The position numbers and the translations under genes are program-made. The notes beneath the pieces were generated by a model. The model was not told the DNA's origin. It was given only the letters and a program-made list of their open reading frames with translations, and made no database searches. A stretch of DNA of 64,000 nucleotides from Flavobacteriales bacterium (lineage in GTDB: Bacteria; Bacteroidota; Bacteroidia; Flavobacteriales_F; PHOS-HE28). Below are positions 57,442 to 64,000 of this stretch, one piece after another. Location of the stretch: positions 416,287 to 480,286 of the forward strand of contig JAHBUK010000001.1 of the NCBI GenBank assembly GCA_019638115.1, in the 5' to 3' direction. The stretch's first letter is position 1. Each line of letters starts with the position of its first letter.

Positions 57442-58722
57442 ATGCCGCTGTTGTACGACATCGGCACGGCGCTCTATCATGCGGGCATCCGTGCAGCAGC
57501 CCCGTTCAAGCCCAAGGCAAGGCAGTGGGTGGATGGTCGGAAAGGTCTGTGGGAAAGACTGGAAGCACGACGCGATGCCTTGCACGGATGCCTTTGGATG
57601 CACTGCGCCAGCGTGGGTGAGTTCGAACAGGGATTGCCGGTGCTGGAGGCCATCAAGCGGGAACACCCGGATCTTCCGGTGCTCCTCACCTTCTACAGCC
57701 CCAGTGGTTACGAAGCCCGCAAGGGTCTTGGCTCAGACCGGGCAGGCAGCCTCGTTACGCACGTGGAATACCTTCCGCCGGATGGTGTGGCCAATGCGCA
57801 ACGCCTGCTTGCACTGGTCCGCCCCAAGGCAGCGCTGTGGGTGAAGTACGAGTTCTGGTACCACCACCTGGCCGCCCTGAAGAAGGCCCGTGTACCGACC
57901 TTCCTCGTGTCGGCCATCTTCCGGGAGGAGCAGCCTTTCTTCCGTTGGTATGGCGGCACCCATCGTCGCATGTTGCGCTGCTTCACGCAGGTGTTCGTGC
58001 AGGACGAGGCATCGCTCCAGTTGCTGGGGCGCATCGGCATCGCGAATGCCATCCTGAGCGGCGACACGCGATTCGACCGGGTGGCCGCCATCGCTGCCGA
58101 AAGCTCGGCGCTGCCGCTTGCGCAAGCGTTCAGGGGTAACGGTCCGGTATTGGTCTGCGGCAGCACCTGGCCGGCGGATGAGGCCTTGCTCAGCGATGCC
58201 TTCAGCAGGATGGAGCAGGCACCGAAGTGCTTGGTAGCACCGCATGAACTGGAGGCCAACGGCTTGCTGGCCACGGAGCAGCACTTCCCGAAACCGCTGG
58301 CCCGCTGGAGCGAGTTGGAAGCCATCGACCCCGGCAATGTGGCCGCTGTGCTGGGTGCTGAGCGTTCGAGCACCTTGCTGGTGGACCGGATGGGCCTGCT
58401 TGCACGCCTCTACCAACACGGCGATGTGGCCTACGTGGGTGGCGGCTTCGGCAATGGCATACACAGCCTGCTGGAACCCGCCGCATGGGGTCTGCCCGTG
58501 ATCTTCGGCCCCAGGCATGGCAAGTTCGCCGAGGCCCGCGGGCTGATCGCCAATGGAGGAGGATTTGAAGTACGGGATGCCGGACAACTGCACGACATCC
58601 TGGGCAAGCTGTTGGGCGATCCAGCGTTCAGGGCGCAAGCCTCACAGCGGGCACGCGCTTATGTGCGGGAACGCACCGGTGCCTCCGCAAAAGTGCTGCG
58701 GGCGGTCGAACCGGTCTTGTAG
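57442..58722 (+). CDS. waaA: 3-deoxy-D-manno-octulosonic acid transferase
   Basis: WMHCASVGEFEQ, TFYSPSGY, KYEFW, GDTRFDRV, GSTW, YVGGGF..HSLLEPA. Confidence 0.93.
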   Translation: MPLLYDIGTALYHAGIRAAAPFKPKARQWVDGRKGLWERLEARRDALHGCLWMHCASVGEFEQGLPVLEAIKREHPDLPVLLTFYSPSGYEARKGLGSDRAGSLVTHVEYLPPDGVANAQRLLALVRPKAALWVKYEFWYHHLAALKKARVPTFLVSAIFREEQPFFRWYGGTHRRMLRCFTQVFVQDEASLQLLGRIGIANAILSGDTRFDRVAAIAAESSALPLAQAFRGNGPVLVCGSTWPADEALLSDAFSRMEQAPKCLVAPHELEANGLLATEQHFPKPLARWSELEAIDPGNVAAVLGAERSSTLLVDRMGLLARLYQHGDVAYVGGGFGNGIHSLLEPAAWGLPVIFGPRHGKFAEARGLIANGGGFEVRDAGQLHDILGKLLGDPAFRAQASQRARAYVRERTGASAKVLRAVEPVL

Positions 58723-58754
58723 GCTGACTTGCAGGCTGGCCATCCGGCACAGAC

Positions 58755-60332
58755 CTACTGCCCCAACTCGATCTTCACCGGTAGGAGCTTGCTGCCGCCC
58801 AGCTTGGAAGAACCCAGCACGTAGTACTCGCCCTTGGCCACGTGGAACAGCTGTGTGCCTTGGATGAAATCGTTGGCCCCGCTGGAACGCAGCACTGCCT
58901 TGGTCCGCTCGGATCCGTCCTTGCCGAAGAGCACATAGGCCGAATAGGGCTGCTTCATCTCCAAGTGGCTCTGCTCCTTCGACTTGGATTTGCGGCGTGC
59001 CGCCAAGGGCTCGCTGTCCAGCAGGAAGATGAGCAGTTGGTCCTCGTGTACCAGCGGGAAGGGCTGGCCGATGCGCAGGTCATAGGTCACATGCAGGCGG
59101 CGATACACGGTGCTCCACTCCTCCTTGCCTTTCGCATCCAGACTGTACACCTGCATCGGTCCGTGCACCCAGCGTAGGCCGGAAAGGGCCAGCTTCGTCT
59201 CGGGCTTGTCGGTCTGCAGGTAGTACTCGTTGATCAGGAAGAAACCACCGTCCCGCCGGGGTAGCAGGTCCAGCACACGCATGCCCTTGGCCATCCAGGC
59301 ATCCTCGCTGTCGTAGTCGACCATCCAGCTGGAAGTGATGTCCACCTTGGCTTGCCCGGGAGGTAGGTAGGCGATGAAGTTCACGAGGGTGGCTTCGCCC
59401 TTCGGGTTCAATCCGCCGTGAATGCCACCGATGGCGATGCGTCCATCATCCAAGGCCCGGAAGCGTAGGCTCTTGACGTAACGGTCCTTCAAACCGGTCT
59501 CGCAGAGGGTGATGCCATCGTTGTTCACCAAGGTGATGTCCAACTTATAGCTGGTGCTGTCCTTCTTGGCATCGGCCACCTTGGCGGGCATGTGCGACAC
59601 CAGGTACACATTGCCCATGTTATCCAGCTGCACATCTTCAAACCGCTGGTTGGGTGCCAGGTCCATGGTGCGTTTCCAGCGGACGTCCATACCGCGATCC
59701 ACCACCACCATCAGGTGACGCACCTTGCCATCGGTGCCTTCCACCACGGGTGCGTGTACCAGCATCAGGTTGGTATCGGGGGAGAAGGTGGTGAAGAAGG
59801 GGTCGCGGAACGCGGAACCGGCGGGGATCACCTGGCCGGTGCCTTTCACCAGGGCATCGAACTGGCACAGGGGCTCGAAGGGCGGGTGTAGGCGGGTGAG
59901 GTTCGGATCGAGCTTCTGCCAGTAGAGTTCCACGCGGCCCTGGATGGTGTCGCGGCGGGCGGCGATCATGATGGGCTGCCCACCGAAGAGCACGAGGTCC
60001 TCCAGGAAGAGCATGCCTGCCTTCACCTTCAAGGTGGGCTCCTGGTTGCGGGTCACCCCAAGCTTGTCGCGGCCGTAGATCTCGAACTTGGGCGACATGC
60101 GATCGAAGGGCTGCACGCCCGGACCTTCATCACGCACCCGCATCACCATCAGGTTGCTGGGCCCCATGCGGAAGAGGCTGCGCGGCTGGCGCTTGTCCTC
60201 GGCCTGGGGATCCGCGCTCATGCGCACCTTCAGTTTCAACTTGTCTTCCTGGGCTTGCACGGCGGCAAGGGAGCCGGAGAACAGGAATGCGGCGAAAAGA
60301 CTTCGGTGAAGGATGGCGTTCAGGTTCTTCAT
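58755..60332 (-). CDS. Hypothetical exported protein
   Basis: Long ORF with typical codon usage and a signal peptide (AVQA-QE). Confidence 0.7.
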   Translation of the reverse strand: MKNLNAILHRSLFAAFLFSGSLAAVQAQEDKLKLKVRMSADPQAEDKRQPRSLFRMGPSNLMVMRVRDEGPGVQPFDRMSPKFEIYGRDKLGVTRNQEPTLKVKAGMLFLEDLVLFGGQPIMIAARRDTIQGRVELYWQKLDPNLTRLHPPFEPLCQFDALVKGTGQVIPAGSAFRDPFFTTFSPDTNLMLVHAPVVEGTDGKVRHLMVVVDRGMDVRWKRTMDLAPNQRFEDVQLDNMGNVYLVSHMPAKVADAKKDSTSYKLDITLVNNDGITLCETGLKDRYVKSLRFRALDDGRIAIGGIHGGLNPKGEATLVNFIAYLPPGQAKVDITSSWMVDYDSEDAWMAKGMRVLDLLPRRDGGFFLINEYYLQTDKPETKLALSGLRWVHGPMQVYSLDAKGKEEWSTVYRRLHVTYDLRIGQPFPLVHEDQLLIFLLDSEPLAARRKSKSKEQSHLEMKQPYSAYVLFGKDGSERTKAVLRSSGANDFIQGTQLFHVAKGEYYVLGSSKLGGSKLLPVKIELGQ

Positions 60333-60403
60333 GCGGTTGGCTTCAACGGGGGCCAAGATAGCAGGTCCCCGAAGGCGCCGAGCCTACCCAAGACCTTGCC
60401 GAT

Positions 60404-60745
60404 CTATCCCTGTAGTTTCGGATTCTGCTTGTGCCGATCGCCATCGCGCGCGCTTTTGGCGGCCATGCGGCGCTCCCAGGCTTGCTGCAGATCGATGCCG
60501 GTCTGGTTGGCCAGGCACAATACCACGAAGAGCACATCGGCCAGCTCCTCCCCCAGGTCCTTGGCCTTGTCGCTCTCCTTCTCACTTTGCTCGCCATAGC
60601 GCCGGGCCATGATGCGGGCCACCTCCCCCACTTCCTCGCTGAGCATGGCCATGTTGGTGAGCGGATCGAAGTAGCGCACGCCCACCTCATTGATCCAGCG
60701 ATCCACTTCTGCTTGCAGTGCGCTCAGCTCTTTTCCATTGCTCAT
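60404..60745 (-). CDS. MazG-like nucleotide pyrophosphohydrolase (YpjD family)
   Basis: YFDPLTNMAMLSEEVGEVAR...EELADVLFV. Confidence 0.92.
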   Translation of the reverse strand: MSNGKELSALQAEVDRWINEVGVRYFDPLTNMAMLSEEVGEVARIMARRYGEQSEKESDKAKDLGEELADVLFVVLCLANQTGIDLQQAWERRMAAKSARDGDRHKQNPKLQG

Positions 60746-61197
60746 TACTCGCGGAGTTTACTGTCCATCACGATCGTTACCGGCCCATCGTTCACAAGGC
60801 CCACCTGCATGTCCGCGCCGAACTCTCCGCTGCGCACCGGCCTGCCCAGCAGTTCGCTCAGGCGCTGCTTGGCACGCAGGTACAGGGGCACGGCCTCCTC
60901 GGGCCGGGCGGCACGGATGTAACTGGGCCGGTTGCCCTTCACGGTACCGGCCAGCAGCGTGAACTGGCTCACCAGCATCACTTCTCCCTGCACCTGTGTG
61001 ATGTCCAGGTTCATCACCCCTTCCGCATCGGGAAAGATCCGCAGCCGCACCAGCTTACCGCAGAGCCACTCCAGCTCCTCCTCCGTATCGCCAACCTCCA
61101 CACCCAGCAGGATGAGCATGCCACGACCGATGTGTGCATGTTCAGCCCCGCTGATGTGCACCGATGCACTGCTTACCCGCTGCACGACCGCCCGCAT
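60745..61197 (-). CDS. dtd: D-aminoacyl-tRNA deacylase
   Basis: MRAVVQRV, SQFTL, GNRPSY, GEFGADM, NDGPVT. Confidence 0.97.
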   Translation of the reverse strand: MRAVVQRVSSASVHISGAEHAHIGRGMLILLGVEVGDTEEELEWLCGKLVRLRIFPDAEGVMNLDITQVQGEVMLVSQFTLLAGTVKGNRPSYIRAARPEEAVPLYLRAKQRLSELLGRPVRSGEFGADMQVGLVNDGPVTIVMDSKLRE

Positions 61198-61200
61198 GGC

Positions 61201-62016
61201 TCAGCGCACCCGTTGTTCAATGAAAGAACGAACGCGATCGCGCTTCTCCGCATCGCTGCCCCGTCCAGTGATGCCATCGCGCCAATACCCGTAGGTGGAA
61301 TTGGGCAGCAGGATGAAGTACTGCGAAAGTTGGCCGGACATCCTGTACATGCTCGGCAGCCCCTGATCGGCACTCCGGTCCTTCAAGGCTTGGTCGTAGT
61401 CCGTCAGTTGATCACCAACAAGTAGCACTACGCGGTGCTTGCGGCTCACTCCCGCACGGCGCTCGGTCTTGTCGCTCGTGCCCTGCATGGTGAGCACATG
61501 TTCCTTGTCCGCCATGGGGAAGCCGTGCTTGGCCAGGTTGGTGATGGTCACCTCCTGCTCATCGGCATCGCGGTTGGTGATGTAGTACACGCTGCAACCG
61601 CGCGAGACGGCGTAGTTCAGGAAGTCCAGCGCACCGGGCAAGGGTTTGGCCTCGGCTCGGGCGGTCCAGGCTTTCCAGGTCTCGGGCGTGTAGTTGCGCC
61701 CTTCCAGGATGTTCTGCAACTCGTAGGGGCTGTTGTCCAGCACGGTCTCGTCCACATCCACGATCACCGCTGGCGGCAGGCTGTCCGGCAGGGCCAGGTT
61801 GGCGTCCAACTTGATCCGTGCGAATGCATAGCCCTGCTCATACAACCAGGCCACCTCGGCAGAGGCGTTCTGGTACAGGGTGGCGTTCACGTTCTGCTGC
61901 GACAACTGCGCGCTCGCCGGGTTCTCACCATCCGTGGTGAGCGCACGTGGGCTGGCGCAGGAGAGCAGGACTGCTGTGAGCGTCAGCAGCAGGAGGGACT
62001 TGTGTTGTCGTTTCAT
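61201..62016 (-). CDS. Class C acid phosphatase / 5'-nucleotidase lipoprotein, e(P4) family
   Basis: Lipobox LLSC, DVDETVLDNSPY, YITNR, GDQLTDY, LPNSTYGYW. Confidence 0.9.
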   Translation of the reverse strand: MKRQHKSLLLLTLTAVLLSCASPRALTTDGENPASAQLSQQNVNATLYQNASAEVAWLYEQGYAFARIKLDANLALPDSLPPAVIVDVDETVLDNSPYELQNILEGRNYTPETWKAWTARAEAKPLPGALDFLNYAVSRGCSVYYITNRDADEQEVTITNLAKHGFPMADKEHVLTMQGTSDKTERRAGVSRKHRVVLLVGDQLTDYDQALKDRSADQGLPSMYRMSGQLSQYFILLPNSTYGYWRDGITGRGSDAEKRDRVRSFIEQRVR

Positions 62017-62027
62017 TCCGAAGCGGT

Positions 62028-63158
62028 TCAATCCAGTCTGTAGGGGCTTTCCTCGTCGATGCCCGCGAGCATGTCCAAGTAGCTGTTGTAGCGGCTTGCG
62101 GCCACCTCTCCCGCTTCCACGGCCTTGCGCACGGCACAGCCGGGCTCGTCCTTGTGCATGCAGTTGTTGAAGCGGCAGTGCTGTTTCAAGCGGAACATCT
62201 CCGGGTACTGGTCACCGATGTCCTCGGGACGCAGATCCACCAGCCCGAAACCCTTGACGCCGGGGGTGTCGATGATGAAGGTTGGGGGTTGTGGGGCCGG
62301 GGCAATGTCCGGCAGGCTTCCAGCCTGTCGATGCAGGTCGGTTGAGGAGTTGAGGAGTTGAGAGGTTGAGAGTTGAGAAGTTGTTGCTTCGCTTTGCTCG
62401 CAATGGCCGGGTTGAGGGGTTGTTGCTTCGCTTTGCTCGAAATGACCGGGTTGTGGGGTTGTCCAACCGTCCGTATTCACCTCGTACATCTCTGCATTGG
62501 TGGTGGTATGCTGCCCTTTGCCGCTGGCCTCGCTGATCTCCAGCGTATGCAGGTCGAGTTCCGGGTCGATGGCATTCACCAAGGTGCTTTTGCCAACCCC
62601 GCTGTGGCCGGAGAGCAGTGTGACCTTTCCCTTCAGCAGGACCTTCAACTCAGGTACACCGGTGCCGTTCATGGCCGATGTGATCACCGTGCGATAGCCG
62701 GCACCCTCATACACCTCCTGGTACTCGGCCAGGCGATCGAGCTCTTCTTCCACCCGCAGGTCGTCCACCTTGTTGAACACGATGATCACCGGCACTTGGT
62801 AGGCCTCGGCCGTAACCAGGAAACGATCGATGAAGCCGAAAGAGGTGCGCGGACGGGCCACCGTTACCATGAGCAGGGCCTGGTCCAAGTTGGCGGCGAT
62901 CACGTGCTTGTGGTGGCTCAGGTTCACGCTGCGGCGCACCAGGTAGTTGCGCCGGTCGTGCAGGTCCACGATGGAACCCGGCAACTCGTTGGAGCGCTGC
63001 TCCTCGAAAGTGACCACATCGCCTACGGAAAGGGGGTTGGTACTCTTCCAGCCCTTGATCCGCAGTTTGCCCTGCGCCACACATTCGTGCAGGCTGCCAT
63101 CCTCACCCCTTACGAGGTAGCGGCTTCCGGTGCTGCGAAGAACAAGGCCTTGGGGCAT
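62028..63158 (-). CDS. rsgA: Ribosome small subunit-dependent GTPase A with ~60 aa repeat-derived insertion
   Basis: IAANLDQ, NKVD, GHSGVGKSTL, GQHTTT, DTPG, CRFNNCMHKDEPGC. Confidence 0.96.
   Translation of the reverse strand: MPQGLVLRSTGSRYLVRGEDGSLHECVAQGKLRIKGWKSTNPLSVGDVVTFEEQRSNELPGSIVDLHDRRNYLVRRSVNLSHHKHVIAANLDQALLMVTVARPRTSFGFIDRFLVTAEAYQVPVIIVFNKVDDLRVEEELDRLAEYQEVYEGAGYRTVITSAMNGTGVPELKVLLKGKVTLLSGHSGVGKSTLVNAIDPELDLHTLEISEASGKGQHTTTNAEMYEVNTDGWTTPQPGHFEQSEATTPQPGHCEQSEATTSQLSTSQLLNSSTDLHRQAGSLPDIAPAPQPPTFIIDTPGVKGFGLVDLRPEDIGDQYPEMFRLKQHCRFNNCMHKDEPGCAVRKAVEAGEVAASRYNSYLDMLAGIDEESPYRLD
62281..62465. repeat. Composite repeat insertion in-frame within rsgA
   Basis: Hairpin CGGCAGGCT-TCC-AGCCTGTCG (62310-62330); GAGTTGAG tandem units (62341-62383); 39 bp duplication (62380-62418, 62419-62457). 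Confidence 0.85.
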
Positions 63159-63295
63159 GGTGGGCAACAAAGATGGCGCAGGAAGATGAAGCACTTGCAT
63201 GGCCGCTCCCCGATCAGGGCCACACGTGGCGCATGGCACCACCACCGTATCCCGGAGCATCACCGGATGCTCCGGGGCACATCACGGAAGCAGCC

Positions 63296-63303
63296 TACCT
63301 TCG
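63296..63303 (+). promoter_or_regulatory. -7 promoter element (TACCTTCG) immediately before gldA
   Basis: The box ends 4 nt before ATG 63308. Confidence 0.55.
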
Positions 63304-63307
63304 CGGC

Positions 63308-64000
63308 ATGTCCATCGTGGTCCGCAACGTTACCAAGCTCTACGGCGAGCAGAAGGCGCTGAACGAGGTCAGCTTTGAGATCGGCAGCCGCGAAGTAGTC
63401 GGCTTCCTGGGTCCGAACGGTGCCGGAAAGAGCACCATGATGAAGATCCTCACCTGCTTCATTCCGCCAACACAAGGCGATGCACTGGTCTGCGGGCACG
63501 ACATCCTCAGCGCCAGCATGGAAGTGCGCCGCAACGTGGGCTACCTGCCCGAGCACAACCCGCTCTACCTGGACCTCTACGTGCGGGAATACCTCCACTT
63601 CGTGGCCGGCATCCATGGCCTTCAGCAGCGCAACAAGCGCGTGCAGGAGATGATCGACATGGTGGGGCTGGGTCGCGAACAGCACAAACGCATCGGCCAG
63701 CTCAGCAAAGGGTACCGCCAACGCGTCGGTCTGGCGCAAGCCATGATCCATGACCCCCAGGTACTGATCCTGGATGAACCCACCAGCGGTTTGGACCCCA
63801 ACCAGCTGGTGGAGGTACGCGGCCTCATCAAGCAGATCGGCCAGTCCAAAACGGTGATGTTGAGCACCCACATCATGCAGGAGGTGGAAGCCATCTGCGG
63901 AAGGGTGATCATCATTGACCGCGGGCAAGTGGTTGCCGATGGCAAGGCCAGCGAGATCCGCGGCGGCGGCCACCAGCGCGAGGTGTTGGAAGTGGAGTTC
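63308..64000 (+). CDS. gldA: Gliding motility ABC transporter ATP-binding subunit GldA (3'-truncated by window; absent from the ORF track)
   Basis: MSIVVRNVTKLYGEQKAL...GFLGPNGAGKSTMMK...GYLPEHNPLYLDLYVREYL...LSKGYRQRVGLAQA...LILDEPTSGLDPNQ. Confidence 0.85.
   Translation, partial: MSIVVRNVTKLYGEQKALNEVSFEIGSREVVGFLGPNGAGKSTMMKILTCFIPPTQGDALVCGHDILSASMEVRRNVGYLPEHNPLYLDLYVREYLHFVAGIHGLQQRNKRVQEMIDMVGLGREQHKRIGQLSKGYRQRVGLAQAMIHDPQVLILDEPTSGLDPNQLVEVRGLIKQIGQSKTVMLSTHIMQEVEAICGRVIIIDRGQVVADGKASEIRGGGHQREVLEVEF

Noticed and set aside
1-64000. tRNA, rRNA or riboswitch genes
   Set aside because: No cloverleaf or rRNA signatures were seen by eye, and no cobalamin riboswitch was recognisable upstream of the TonB receptor; an Infernal/tRNAscan run would be needed to exclude them.

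Overview
This is a 64 kb chromosomal window from a high-GC Bacteroidota, probably Flavobacteriales-like; the taxonomy is inferred from T9SS C-terminal domains, gldA and Bacteroidetes-type -7 promoter boxes. The core genes are alaS, fabD, folE, a PTPS, rfaD/hldD, rfbB, ugd, a UXS-like decarboxylase, wbpA/B/D/E-like genes, waaA, dtd, rsgA, gldA, ppx, ABC/MFS transporters and an NtrC-family regulator. They are interleaved with many accessory secreted-protein genes. Three patterns stand out. (1) Three cargo islets have no integrase and are each bounded by a diverged 97-189 bp direct repeat of the END of a neighbouring housekeeping gene (yitT 3', fabD 3', rfbB 5'). The yitT copies differ almost only at synonymous sites, which points to single-crossover uptake of DNA from a related lineage. 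(2) Five secreted proteins plus one fragment share a ~235 aa C-terminal module (HRNHLG motif plus a duplicated dockerin-like GDxNxDGxxKYxGxxNDRD segment, usually ending RVEQxP) in the position where other proteins here carry a T9SS CTD. It is a candidate alternative sorting or anchoring module. (3) Small repeat elements are abundant: inverted arms built from 7-9 bp tandem units in intergenic gaps, a 163 bp MITE, and in-frame palindromic insertions in rsgA, rfbB and alaS. No rRNA, tRNA, CRISPR array, integrase, transposase or reverse transcriptase was seen. A few frameshifts may be sequencing or polishing errors. All alignments and counts were done by eye.
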